Shown here: positions 1 through 9,656 of the stretch, piece after piece | How the letters are laid out: each line of letters begins with the position of its first letter | Position numbering within the stretch: the stretch's first letter is position 1 | Assembly: GCA_937128505.1 (NCBI GenBank) | Contig: CAKZMM010000021.1 | Coordinates: forward strand, 2,648 to 66,647 | From: an uncultured Thermogutta sp. | Lineage (GTDB): Bacteria > Planctomycetota > Planctomycetia > Pirellulales > Thermoguttaceae | Reading direction: 5' to 3' | DNA: 64,000 nucleotides | Notes under the pieces: generated by a model | Told to the model about the DNA's origin: nothing | What the model saw: the letters and a program-made list of their open reading frames with translations, nothing else | Databases searched by the model: none | Made by a program: the position numbers and the translations under genes

Positions 1-81
1 AGATTATTGCGAGTTGGTCCGGGCAGAAAGCAGAGAATAGTCCGGGGTTCGCTCAGTTGACTCCGATTCGGAGCCAATCTT

Positions 82-891
82 ATGCGTGACGAAAGCTGGC
101 AGATGGAGTTTCCCACGGTCCGGCTTCAGTCGGAAGCCTTCGAGGCCACCCTGCACTTGAAGGAGCCGGAGAAGGGGCTCGAAGACTGCCGGGTCTTATC
201 TCAGCCCTGGGAGGGAGTGAACCTCCTAGGTGTTCGAGTCGCGGCAGGCCTCGGGCGTGAATCGACCGCCGAAATTTCCCTGGGAGAGCCGGCCGATTAT
301 TTCGTTCAGGGGCGGTATTGTGTGGCCCTTTACCCGGGAACTGACGATCGTCCTGTGGAGCTGTGCCTCAGATGGCGGCTTCTGCCACCGATCAAAGAGG
401 TCAATTGGCTTGCCGGGGTCGAGCTATTGGTCTCGGCTCAGACGGCGCTACTTGGACTGGACCAACACGCGGTTTTGGCTTCTCATCTGCCGGCCATAAA
501 AATTCAGCAACTGGAGGGCGTCCGCCCAAGCTGTTTGAGGGAAGTATCGCCGGGCGACCCAGCCGGGCTACGTCTGGGAGCAGAGCCCTGCCTTCTCTTC
601 CCCCAGAGCGTAGGCAGTTGGAGTTATGTGGAGATGGTCCATCCGGCGGACCTTGTATGGGCGGAGTTACGCCTCGGCCCACCGAGCTCCAAGCCAGGCA
701 GCCCCACGACCTATCCCTCTGAGTATCGCACTGTGTTGACGCGATACGCCACACTGACCGAACGACTGGAAAAAGGGATCATCCTTCGGGCCAGAGCACG
801 AGCGTGTTGGATTGGTTCCCCAACCCCGCCCGAGGCAGTGGCGACAGTGTATCGACATCTGTTGGATTCTCCCCCACCGCTGGGTCTGTGA
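82..891 (+). CDS. hypothetical protein (269 aa), no family recognised
   Basis: Longest ORF in a GC-rich stretch. The shorter overlapping ORFs in other frames look like shadow ORFs of a real gene. No motif I can assign. Confidence 0.5.
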   Translation: MRDESWQMEFPTVRLQSEAFEATLHLKEPEKGLEDCRVLSQPWEGVNLLGVRVAAGLGRESTAEISLGEPADYFVQGRYCVALYPGTDDRPVELCLRWRLLPPIKEVNWLAGVELLVSAQTALLGLDQHAVLASHLPAIKIQQLEGVRPSCLREVSPGDPAGLRLGAEPCLLFPQSVGSWSYVEMVHPADLVWAELRLGPPSSKPGSPTTYPSEYRTVLTRYATLTERLEKGIILRARARACWIGSPTPPEAVATVYRHLLDSPPPLGL

Positions 892-1532
892 GGGCTTGTT
901 GAGAGGCGGGGTTCAGAAGTTCAAGGCTGTACTTGAAATTTGGGGAAAGCTCGATGGGATGAAAGTCGAAGGGACGAGGATCACAGATTGAGGATCACAG
1001 ATTAAAGAAGGGAACGGCCGGATCATGGTGACCGCCCGATGAGCCCGCCTTGATGCGCATGAAAGCAAAACGCATGAAAGAAAAACCTGCCGTCGCCTGA
1101 AAGGTCACCCCCCAAAAATAAGCTTTTGCCTGGGGTGTGTCGGCATGATTCCTTCATGATTGGGATTATTTCTTTCAATGGTTGAAGGGTTGGATCTTTC
1201 GGCGGTTTGCAGCGCTTTTTTCCAACGGTAACGAGCTCATTCCTTTCGGACCAGGAGGGTTAACTTAGGTTTAAACCAGATTCACGAAGAGTGAAGCGAT
1301 TTTTTCCGGACGAGAAGAGGAAAACTTAGAATTTGTGAGAGCCGCATTCCAAATATTTCAGAAGACTCCGTCGGAGCTGTACCCGAAGTCATGTGAGCCG
1401 TGTGGGGTGTTTGAATGCCCCTGCCGTTTGAGAGAGGAATTTTCCGCGGTTTAGAGGTTTTACGATCCTGTCCGCCGCTTGTGCTGAGGAGTCCTGTACA
1501 CGTTCTGAAAAAAGAAACCCAAGGAGCAAAAA

Positions 1533-2972
1533 GTGGCTGACGTTTTCATTACGGAGAACTTTTTATTGCAAACCCCGTCGGGCATTCGGCTTTACCACGA
1601 GTATGCGAGGGATTTGCCGATCATCGACTACCACTGTCACCTGCCCCCGGGCCAGATCGCGCAAGATCACCGATTCGAAAATATGACGCAGATCTGGCTC
1701 TACGGGGATCACTACAAGTGGCGAGCCATGCGGGCCAACGGGGTTCCGGAGCGATACTGCACGGGAAACGCTTCGGATTGGGAAAAATTTGAAAAGTGGG
1801 CCGAAACCGTCCCCAAAACGCTGCGGAATCCCCTTTACCATTGGACCCACATGGAATTGAAACGGCCGTTTGGAATCAGCGATCGGCTTTTCGGTCCCGA
1901 CACAGCGCGGCATGTCTGGGATTACTGCAACGAGCGATTGCGTCAAGCGGAATTTTCTTGCCGCGGGATCATGCGGCAGATGAACGTGGTGCTCGTCTGC
2001 ACGACGGACGATCCGGCTGATCGCTTGGAACATCACGCCGTTATCGCCGCCGACAAGACCTTCGCAATCCAGGTGCTTCCTACGTTTCGGCCCGATCGGG
2101 CTATGGCGATCGAGAATCCGAAGCAATTCAATCAATACCTCGAAAAGTTGGGAGAAACCTGCGGCACCGTCATTCGCACTTATGATGAACTTCTGGAGGC
2201 CTTGTGCCGCCGGCACGATTTTTTTCATAGCATGGGGTGTCGTCTGTCCGATCATGGACTGGAACAGATGTGGTGCGAACCGTACACGGAGTCAGAGCTC
2301 CGCACCATTTTTGCCAAAGTCCGTGAAGGTCGCTCCCCCGAATTGAAGGAGGTCGCGCAGTTTAAATCGGCCCTGCTTTACGAGCTGGCCATCCTCGATT
2401 GGGAAAAAGGTTGGGTGCAGCAATTTCATATCGGGGCGTTACGCAACGTAAATACTCGCGCTTACGAAACCCTGGGCCCCGACACCGGTTTCGACTCGAT
2501 TGCCGACGGGGCATTGGCCCGAGCCTTGGGCTGCTTCTTTGACCGGCTGGAACGCGAGGGGAAACTCACGAAAACGATCCTCTACAACCTCAATCCTGCT
2601 CAGAACGAAGTTTTCGCCACCATGCTGGGAAATTTTCAGGATGGGAGCATCCCTGGCAAAATGCAGTATGGGAGCGGTTGGTGGTTCCTCGATCAAAAGG
2701 ATGGTATGGAGCGGCAGCTCGAGACCCTGTCCAATCAGGGGCTCTTGAGCCGATTTGTAGGCATGCTTACAGATAGCCGGTCTTTCCTCTCTTATACCCG
2801 GCACGAGTACTTCCGGCGGATCTTGTGCAACTTGCTGGGCCGAGAAATGGATGCCGGGCTCCTTCCCCGCGATTTCGAGCTAATCGGAGGGATGGTGCGG
2901 GATATTTGTTACAGGAATGCTGCCCGGTATTTCGGCTTCACGGTGCCCTGTTTTGACGACGGGGCTAAGTAG
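1533..2972 (+). CDS. uxaC: glucuronate (uronate) isomerase
   Basis: 479 aa with near end-to-end resemblance to E. coli UxaC as I recall it (FITENFLL, IIDYHCHLPP, GDHYKWRAMRANGV, NPLYHWTHMELKRPFGI, WVQQFHIGALRN, GSGWWFLDQKDGMERQ, MLTDSRSFLSYTRHEYFRRILC). GTG start at 1533, with AAGGAG at 1521-1526. Confidence 0.95.
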   Translation: MADVFITENFLLQTPSGIRLYHEYARDLPIIDYHCHLPPGQIAQDHRFENMTQIWLYGDHYKWRAMRANGVPERYCTGNASDWEKFEKWAETVPKTLRNPLYHWTHMELKRPFGISDRLFGPDTARHVWDYCNERLRQAEFSCRGIMRQMNVVLVCTTDDPADRLEHHAVIAADKTFAIQVLPTFRPDRAMAIENPKQFNQYLEKLGETCGTVIRTYDELLEALCRRHDFFHSMGCRLSDHGLEQMWCEPYTESELRTIFAKVREGRSPELKEVAQFKSALLYELAILDWEKGWVQQFHIGALRNVNTRAYETLGPDTGFDSIADGALARALGCFFDRLEREGKLTKTILYNLNPAQNEVFATMLGNFQDGSIPGKMQYGSGWWFLDQKDGMERQLETLSNQGLLSRFVGMLTDSRSFLSYTRHEYFRRILCNLLGREMDAGLLPRDFELIGGMVRDICYRNAARYFGFTVPCFDDGAK

Positions 2973-3034
2973 CATCGCTGCGGTGAAATCATCTGCTGGC
3001 TTTGGGCCCGGGAACCTTCTTTGCGATGAAAGAG

Positions 3035-3913
3035 CTACGAGATATCTTCGTGCTCCACCTTGCGCAGCATACTGAGGAAAGCCCGCACCGTGGGGCAGCG
3101 GCGATTCGGGTCTGGTTCAATGCACAGGTGGATTGCCTTCGCCAATTCCGGATGAATTTGAGGGCGAAGCTCGCGGATATCGGTCCCCGGCCGGCTGTGT
3201 CCCATGACGGCAACCGCGGTTAACCCCCGAGGCCACGGCAACTGACCCGTCATGATCTCATACGCCGTAGTTCCTAGGGCAAATACATCGATGCGTTGGT
3301 CGGTGGGAAGCCGCCGAGCAAGCTCCGGGGCCATATAGTCCGGCGTGCCGGTACGGTTGCCCGGTTTCATGAACGGTGGGGTCGCCGGTACCGTCAAGCC
3401 GAAATCGATCAACTTCACCGTCCGATCATCTTGGAGGAACATCAGATTTCGTGGGCAGACGTCGCGATGAATGAAGCCGGCTTCGTGAACCGCCGCCACG
3501 GCCTCGGCTGCCTGCCGGATGATATGCAGCCGATTCCCCTCTAGCTGCGGGTCGTGTGCCACTAGCATGTGGCTGACCACGCTTCCCTCCAAGTACTCCA
3601 TCACGATGAACGGCTCGCCTTGGTTTGTGACGCCGTATTCGAAGGTTCGTACGATGTTCGGATGATTGAATCGGGACGCAATTTCGCCTTCGCTCGGCTT
3701 TTTCAGCCCGCGAAAGCGGGCCTCGAATGCAGCCGTTTTCTGCGGATCCAGAATCTTCAAACCGACGATCTGACCCGTGGTTCGATCGCGAGCCATGTAA
3801 AACCGAGACATTGTTCCCGTGATTGCTTCGCGCAAAAGTTCGAACCGCTGGTCGATATCGACCTTCTTGAACCGCGGAGCGAAAAGTTTGGACCACGGAT
3901 TCCAGGAGATCAT
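3035..3913 (-). CDS. Hanks-type Ser/Thr protein kinase, catalytic domain only (292 aa)
   Basis: Kinase subdomains are visible: VGLKIL (beta3 Lys), HRDVCPRN catalytic loop, IDFGL (DFG), GTPDYMAPE (APE), DVFALG. No extra sensor or TM domain. Confidence 0.85.
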   Translation of the reverse strand: MISWNPWSKLFAPRFKKVDIDQRFELLREAITGTMSRFYMARDRTTGQIVGLKILDPQKTAAFEARFRGLKKPSEGEIASRFNHPNIVRTFEYGVTNQGEPFIVMEYLEGSVVSHMLVAHDPQLEGNRLHIIRQAAEAVAAVHEAGFIHRDVCPRNLMFLQDDRTVKLIDFGLTVPATPPFMKPGNRTGTPDYMAPELARRLPTDQRIDVFALGTTAYEIMTGQLPWPRGLTAVAVMGHSRPGTDIRELRPQIHPELAKAIHLCIEPDPNRRCPTVRAFLSMLRKVEHEDIS

Positions 3914-4355
3914 CGTTCGGGCTTGATTTCGACATCCGACCCTTTGCCAGCCACACCTCCAAAAAACGAATTAGCTTTTCGGGCAATCGTTTTTTGCCGG
4001 CGGAAAGCTTCGCAAGACACCTTTATCCACTTTAAGCACGTTAACGCATGGGCTCAAGCATTCGGTTGCACTCTCTAAAAGAACTGCTTTTCTGGATGAA
4101 GCCCGGTGAAATAAAAAGCGAGTTAAGAACGAAAGCCTCTCTCCCGCCAAAGGGAGGAGGGAGGCAAATTGCAACTGCGGGGTTTCGGTGCCGGTGAGCT
4201 TGTCTCGACGGTTGGTAGCTGATATCCCCGGGAGGAGCCCACTCCATGAAAGCCCTAACAGGGGTACTTGTGCGCCCCCCCATGCTGCGCGTCATTAGCC
4301 TTCTTGAAACATCATTCGCGTCAAGTTGACAGGGAGCAGATTTTTCAACTTTCTT

Positions 4356-4530
4356 TCGGACACATTGCGATTGTTTCGGGAACATCCTGAGTGTAACGGA
4401 AAGATTCCGATTTTCGCACGAACATTCCGATTCTCTGCGATACGTTCCCATTCTTCAGAACACACTCCGATTGTCTCGGAAACATTCCGATTTTCTCGGA
4501 GACATAGCGATTGGCTCGGACCCATCCCGT
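4356..4530. repeat. array of 9 head-to-tail 20-bp units, consensus TCGGAAACATTCCGATTTTC (palindrome TCGGAA-N3-TTCCGA)
   Basis: TCGGA or a close variant recurs at 4356, 4376, 4396, 4416, 4436, 4456, 4476, 4496 and 4516. The best units are 4476-4495 and 4496-4515. Confidence 0.9.
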
Positions 4531-4622
4531 CGGCACCGGGCAAACCAAAATAGCGGGCAAAGCTTCTCGAAATACCCCCGGGGCCGGTAAGCATTCTCAC
4601 CGAATGAAGGACCCGATTTAAG

Positions 4623-4663
4623 GAATCGTTGAGCAAATGAAAAGAATCGTTGAGCAAATGAAA
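4623..4663. repeat. tandem duplication of GAATCGTTGAGCAAATGAAA (period 21), followed by AAAAGAACAT x2 at 4675-4694
   Basis: Read directly from the sequence. Confidence 0.9.
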
Positions 4664-4757
4664 CGCAAATCGGGAAAAGAACATAAAAGAACATAATTTA
4701 AGAAGAGGACTTCATCCCCCGGTTTATAGCCTCCCCCCGCAAAGGCAGTACCGTGAC

Positions 4758-5339
4758 CTACAGCTCCTGCAAGAAGTTTTCCATGTTGGATTTACCGGAC
4801 AGCACTCCCGGCTCGGAAGAAATCTCTAGGGCGTAGACCCTGACCGAAAGATGGTGGTAAACCGTATCCTTTTCGTAACGTAAGCCGTTTTTCTCGGCGA
4901 CCCGAATCGATGCAATATTCGCCGGTTCAATCAGGGAAATGACGCGTTTGAAGCCCAGGCGGAAAGCTGCGTCTCGAGCGAGTCGGGCGGCTTCCGTTCC
5001 TAGACCTTGTCCCCAATACGCGGTTGCCAAGCGATAGGCTACCTCAATTTCCCGTTGGCCATCGAGGAATTGTTCAAGTAAGCCGCTATAGCCGATGAGC
5101 TTGCGGTCTTTCTTGTGCACCACTGCCCAAAGCCAAAAGCCCAATCGTTGGTACTCGACCTGGCAACGGCTCAGAAACTCCGCGGTATTTTGCCGCGTAA
5201 ATGGTCCGCCAACTGAAAATCGCATCACCTCGGGATCCGCCAGAATGGGCGCCAAATCGTCGAGATCGGCGGCCGTGAATTCCCGCAAGATCAATCGATC
5301 GCTTTCGGCAATTACTCGGGGGGATTTTGCCTTGGTCAT
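4758..5339 (-). CDS. GNAT family N-acetyltransferase (RimJ/RimL-like)
   Basis: Typical Acetyltransf_3 layout (RLILREFTAADLDDL ... YRLATAYWGQGLGTEAARLARDAAF ... NIASIRVAEKNGL). I prefer the ATG at 5339 (MTKAKS...) because AAGGAG lies 6 nt upstream. The ORF track extends to 5432. Confidence 0.85.
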   Translation of the reverse strand: MTKAKSPRVIAESDRLILREFTAADLDDLAPILADPEVMRFSVGGPFTRQNTAEFLSRCQVEYQRLGFWLWAVVHKKDRKLIGYSGLLEQFLDGQREIEVAYRLATAYWGQGLGTEAARLARDAAFRLGFKRVISLIEPANIASIRVAEKNGLRYEKDTVYHHLSVRVYALEISSEPGVLSGKSNMENFLQEL

Positions 5340-6087
5340 CTTCAGCTCCTTGACAGTCGTCTGCTCCCAAGCCCCAAACCATCCGTTGGCCTCGGCGATC
5401 CCGGCGATTTGCGTATCCATTGACGAAGACAATTTACCAAACTTCCGCCATCGCTCTACCCCCCTCCAGATTCAAGCCGAGCACTCCGTATCTCAGGCGA
5501 ACATCCGAGTCTCTTAAGTCTCAGGCGACTATCCGGTACTCGTAAGCGGGAAGAGGGTTTGGCCTCGGCCCCCGCGCGAACGGAAGGTTTTGCTTTTTGG
5601 CTGACACGAAGGTATTTTAAGAAAACCGCATGCCGGGCAGCAGAGGTGGGATAAAACACGAAATGATGGATCGCAGCGACCGCACGTCGCAACGGACTTC
5701 CGCCATTTTAGGGTCCCGCACGTCATTTCGAGTTCCTGCGGTTGAATCCGCGTCATTTTTTCACTGCGGGTCCTCTTGGCGAGGTCATTTACCGCGGCAC
5801 CGACCGTGCGTTATCCGAGGATAAACCCCGGGGTTCTGGACGCGAGAAGATCGGCACGGTAAAGCGGCGTTTGCCATGAGCGGATCTCAGCCGCGGTTTT
5901 GGCAGCGGCAAGGAACTGTAACTTCCGCGGAATTGTTAGGTTTTGGGCAGCCTGCGAGCCGGCGGATGAATCGCAATCTAGCAGTCGAATCATCCGTCGA
6001 AGAGGGCTGCTTGCCTAAAACTTGGAGTCCAGTGGGGTCGATCAAACGATTCGATCAAAATCCAATTGCAGAACAGGAGTGAAGCGA

Positions 6088-7110
6088 ATGTTTCGGAAGC
6101 TACGCGTAAGCCACTTGATGCTGATTGGTTCTGTGTGTCTCGGATTCAGTTTGAGTTACGCAGCCACTAGTTGTTGGGCATTAGGGGCCCCTCGGGAGGT
6201 GATCGACCCGGCTGAGGCCCAAGCCGACCCCGATTTCGCCATTCAAGGGGAGTACTTGGGCCCGGGGAAACTGCCGGGAGGCGAAAAGGAAAAAATTGGG
6301 GCTCAAGTGGTAGCTTTGGGCCAGGGGAAATTCGATGTCTACCTTCTCGACGGTGGCTTGCCGGGCGAGGGTTGGCAGCGTGGGCTACTGCGGATGCGGG
6401 TTTCCGCTTCCCGCAATGAAGCAGGTAAAGTTTCTATCACCCAGGATCAACTCACCGGCGAGATCGTAGATGGCAAGCTTAGCTTGCAGCTTGCCGAGGG
6501 AAACAAGGTGCAGCTTGAGCGGGTGGAGCGGAAAAGTCCGACTCTGGGTGCGCAACCTCCGGAGGGGGCGATTGTGTTATTCGATGGTTCGAACACGGAT
6601 TGGTTTCCGGGTGGTAAGTTCGGGCCCGATCAAAGCCTTTTCTCAGGAGTGCTTTCCAAGCCCGCCTTCAACAGTTGCAAAATCCACCTGGAATTTCGGC
6701 TCACTTGGATGCCGGAGGCCCGCGGGCAAGCCCGAGCCAACAGCGGGGTCTACGTGCACAATGCTTATGAGATCCAAGTACTGGATTCTTTCGGTTTGGA
6801 AGGGCACGACAACGAATGTGGTGGGCTTTACAGCTTAAAGGCCCCAGATGTCAATATGTGTTACCCGCCCGTGACCTGGCAGACCTACGACATCGAGTTC
6901 ACCGCCCCGAAGTATGATGAAGCGGGAAATAAGGTTGCCAATGCCCGTTTGACGGTGCGGCACAACGGGGTAGTGATCCACGACAATTACGAACTTCCGC
7001 GTGCCACACCGGGCGGACAAGGTGAAGGACCCGGACCCCGCGGCATTCAGTTGCAAGGTCACGGGTGTCATGTGCAGTATCGAAATATTTGGGTAGTGCC
7101 CCAGGATTGA
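6088..7110 (+). CDS. secreted DUF1080 (3-keto-disaccharide hydrolase-like) domain protein
   Basis: C-terminal half matches the DUF1080 pattern (HLEFRL..., NSGVYVHNAYEIQVLDS, ECGGLYSLKAP, WQTYDIEFTAP, LTVRHNGVVIHDN, IQLQGHG..VQYRNIWV). ATG at 6088 follows AGGAG (6075-6079) and gives a signal-peptide-like N-terminus (MFRKLRVSHLMLIGSVCLGFSLSYA). Confidence 0.85.
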   Translation: MFRKLRVSHLMLIGSVCLGFSLSYAATSCWALGAPREVIDPAEAQADPDFAIQGEYLGPGKLPGGEKEKIGAQVVALGQGKFDVYLLDGGLPGEGWQRGLLRMRVSASRNEAGKVSITQDQLTGEIVDGKLSLQLAEGNKVQLERVERKSPTLGAQPPEGAIVLFDGSNTDWFPGGKFGPDQSLFSGVLSKPAFNSCKIHLEFRLTWMPEARGQARANSGVYVHNAYEIQVLDSFGLEGHDNECGGLYSLKAPDVNMCYPPVTWQTYDIEFTAPKYDEAGNKVANARLTVRHNGVVIHDNYELPRATPGGQGEGPGPRGIQLQGHGCHVQYRNIWVVPQD

Positions 7111-7751
7111 TTATGCCGCTGCATAACCAATTCCCTTGAGGGGAGCGGCAAGTATTTGGCGATGGATTAACCTCGGCGCGGGCCGAGAACCCGGTTACAA
7201 CGACCGATATTGTGAGATTCAAGGGACCGGTCTCACAAGTCGAGCCCGTGCTCCGGTTCCTCAGCCAGACATATGCCTCAGCCAGACATATGCCTTTCGA
7301 TATCCGTTAGCAAGGCGCATGCCTATTGAGCCGGAATGGGTCGCCTTCGACGAAGGGGCTTTGCACCCGAGAAACTTTTTGGTATGCTCACAGTACTTGG
7401 GAAATGCGTCCGGGCGTTGACCTCGGAAAGTCGACTTGACAGTCGAAGCGTAGGCTAGAATTAATTAGGTCCGTAAGGGCGGGGGGTAGCAATAGCTTCG
7501 CCAGTTGACTGGCAAGCCGGAACGACGTAGAACGAGTACACTGAAGCAAAAATTGCGTACAAATTAGAATAACTTGCAATAAAAAATTTTTTGATCCGAC
7601 GTCATTGCGGAGCCGATAAGTCTCTCGGAGTGTTCGCAAAGTCGTCAGTTTGGGTGGGGCAGCACGACGTGTAACTAGGCCGGTAGCCAATCACCTTGAT
7701 AAAATAGGGGAATGAATCCACACCGGATTTTTAAAACGTCACGGGAATAGA

Positions 7752-7890
7752 CAAACCTCCCGTACCATATTCCGACGGAGGTGCCAACCCTTTAGCGTGA
7801 GCCGGAACCGCCGAAGGCTAGTGCCGTAGCACGCCTGGTTCCCGCTCGTCTCGCAGCGACGCATCCAGTCGCAATTGGGCGGGAGGTTTG
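7752..7890 (+). ncRNA. candidate structured small RNA, family unassigned
   Basis: An 11-bp closing helix, CAAACCTCCCG (7752-7762) with CGGGAGGTTTG (7880-7890), encloses 117 nt. Internal hairpins include GCGAC/GTCGC at 7856-7872 and GTGC-CGTA-GCAC at 7820-7831. An intrinsic terminator follows immediately. No credible CDS on either strand. Confidence 0.35.
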
Positions 7891-7897
7891 ATATTTT

Positions 7898-7935
7898 GCC
7901 GTCGAACCTAGGCCCCGGGTTCGGCGGCTTTTTTC
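7898..7935 (+). terminator. rho-independent terminator
   Basis: GCCGTCGAACC (7898-7908) pairs with GGTTCGGCGGC (7918-7928) with one G-U pair and a 9-nt loop. It is followed by TTTTTTC. The T-run is present only on the plus strand. Confidence 0.6.
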
Positions 7936-8288
7936 TTGCGCGGAAATATAAAGATTAGAATTGTTTAGAATTGTCGAAAAGCGCTTCAATTATAAAACCT
8001 CATCCATCAGTGGAACTGGAGCCCCGAAAAACGCTTTTGCCGGTCGCTTGGAGTTTGGCCCGAAGAACCCGCAGCTTTCGATTCGCCGCTTAGATCGTTC
8101 TCATCTTCGGCATAAGACACAGCAAGAATCCCGCTTCGATCTCGGCTTAAGGGCTTTCAGTCAGGCCGCGGAGGTAAAAGCCACATCCGCAAAAAGGCGC
8201 CAGGATAGGAGAAGCCGATCGGTGTCAGAAAGGTGCCGGCGTGATCATCGGAAGCATGCCGGGGGGTGATTCGAAGCTTTTGCGGCGG

Positions 8289-9656
8289 CTATTCAAACTT
8301 TGCGGGTGTCGGTGCCCCGGCTACTTGTTCGGTCCGGAGCTTCAGGCCGGCGAGGAGCTTTCTTTCAGCCTCCTCAACGCGTTCGAGCAAGGCATCTTCA
8401 AAAGTGAAGCCGACCACCAGATTCCGGTCCGATGCCCCCTCCAGCCAGTAGTACACCCAGCAAATAGGGACATCGGAAATACTCCCCCGGGCCACGACCC
8501 GGAAAAATGGCGTCCCCGCCGCCGTGCGGCCTTCGGCAGCCTGAACAAATTGGCTAAACTGCTTCCCTAAAGAATGGCGGATATCCTCCTGAAAGTCGGG
8601 CAAGGTCAAGGGACGCGGTCTGGAGCCCACCACTGCGATCTTGCACTGCGCCAAATACAGTCCGCGGTCCACCAGGCGAAAAACCGCGTTTTGTTCGGTG
8701 AGTGCCGTCAGATACCAGGTTCGCTCGTATTCAAGCTGCCAAGAGTGATCGGGCGAAAATTGCTCCAAATGAAGAAGTGCCTCCTCCGGCTGAGTCAGCA
8801 AGGGCTCTATTTCAGCCTGAGTTAGTTCAGGACACTGCGCACCCGGCTCGATCGTCAAAGCGACTTTTGCCACGACATCCACACCGGGGGCAATCGGCCC
8901 GGGCGGTCGGTCCTCGCGAAAGGCAAACCCGACCCATATGATTCGCCCACGGCGCAAATCGAACTGATAGCGACCGCGGATTTGAAGTTGCGTACTCATC
9001 GCATTGGCGGCCCCTTCAAGTTTTCCCTCCCACTCCACACGTGCCACCCCGTGAGTAACTTCGAGGAAGCGAGCACGAACTGTGCTTGAGGAAACCGCCT
9101 CAAGCGAAAGCAACCCACAGAGAACTGTCGCGGGGATCTCCCAAGTATCCCCGGGACGCACCGGACGCGGCGGCAAAAGTCCGTCGACCACAAGGCTATT
9201 GCCGGGACTGGTCAGCAGGTCCAATTCGTCCCGCGTGAGCGGCCCTTGGAGCGAATATGCAATGACCTCCCCTTGATGATCCTTTACGCGGACCAAGCGA
9301 CGGTTTTCGCGCAGCGCCGGCCGAAACGGTGATCCGTCTACCCGGATGTCGGTTTCGGCATCCTGGTAATACCGCACGGAACCTCCCAATTCTGAGGGGA
9401 GATCACCCCTCGAAGAATTCGCCGGGGACAATCGCCTTTCAAAATAGACGAACTTTCCTGCAACTTTGGTGGCCGGGGTGGTGATCTGGTTCCCTTCCTG
9501 AATGCGGAGGGTTCCCTCAACCTCCACCGTCTGTGTTACCCGGTCGATATCCCCCGGCTGCCACCGCCAGTGGAAATCAACCGGCGTTTGGGCAAGGGAG
9601 ATGCTCTTGATCGTTAAGATGTACAAAAAGATTGCCACTCGGCACATATTGGTCAT
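8289..9656 (-). CDS. secreted hypothetical protein (455 aa)
   Basis: Long ORF. I prefer the ATG at 9656 (MTNMCRVAIFLYILTIKSISLAQTP), which gives a signal peptide. The upstream 143 codons of the track ORF look non-coding. No family recognised. Confidence 0.6.
   Translation of the reverse strand: MTNMCRVAIFLYILTIKSISLAQTPVDFHWRWQPGDIDRVTQTVEVEGTLRIQEGNQITTPATKVAGKFVYFERRLSPANSSRGDLPSELGGSVRYYQDAETDIRVDGSPFRPALRENRRLVRVKDHQGEVIAYSLQGPLTRDELDLLTSPGNSLVVDGLLPPRPVRPGDTWEIPATVLCGLLSLEAVSSSTVRARFLEVTHGVARVEWEGKLEGAANAMSTQLQIRGRYQFDLRRGRIIWVGFAFREDRPPGPIAPGVDVVAKVALTIEPGAQCPELTQAEIEPLLTQPEEALLHLEQFSPDHSWQLEYERTWYLTALTEQNAVFRLVDRGLYLAQCKIAVVGSRPRPLTLPDFQEDIRHSLGKQFSQFVQAAEGRTAAGTPFFRVVARGSISDVPICWVYYWLEGASDRNLVVGFTFEDALLERVEEAERKLLAGLKLRTEQVAGAPTPAKFE

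Noticed and set aside
4356-4530. Possible CRISPR array
   Set aside because: The units abut with no unique spacers, are only 20 bp long and are degenerate. No cas genes are present in the window.
4295-4694. Overlapping 70-130-aa ORFs on both strands across the 20-bp array
   Set aside because: The peptides are periodic echoes of the DNA repeat, and there is no start or RBS context.
7752-7890. SRP (4.5S) RNA or ZTP riboswitch identity for the structured RNA candidate
   Set aside because: I could not find the SRP domain IV pattern (GGAA tetraloop flanked by the AGCA-containing symmetric loop) on either strand. CGCCTGG resembles the ZTP 3' motif, but the GACTGGCG-type 5' sub-domain is absent. 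The family is left unassigned.
7961-8269. 102-aa plus-strand ORF downstream of the terminator
   Set aside because: It has no RBS and an Arg/Ser-rich low-complexity translation. It starts within repeat DNA and ends against the 3' end of the convergent 8289-9656 gene.
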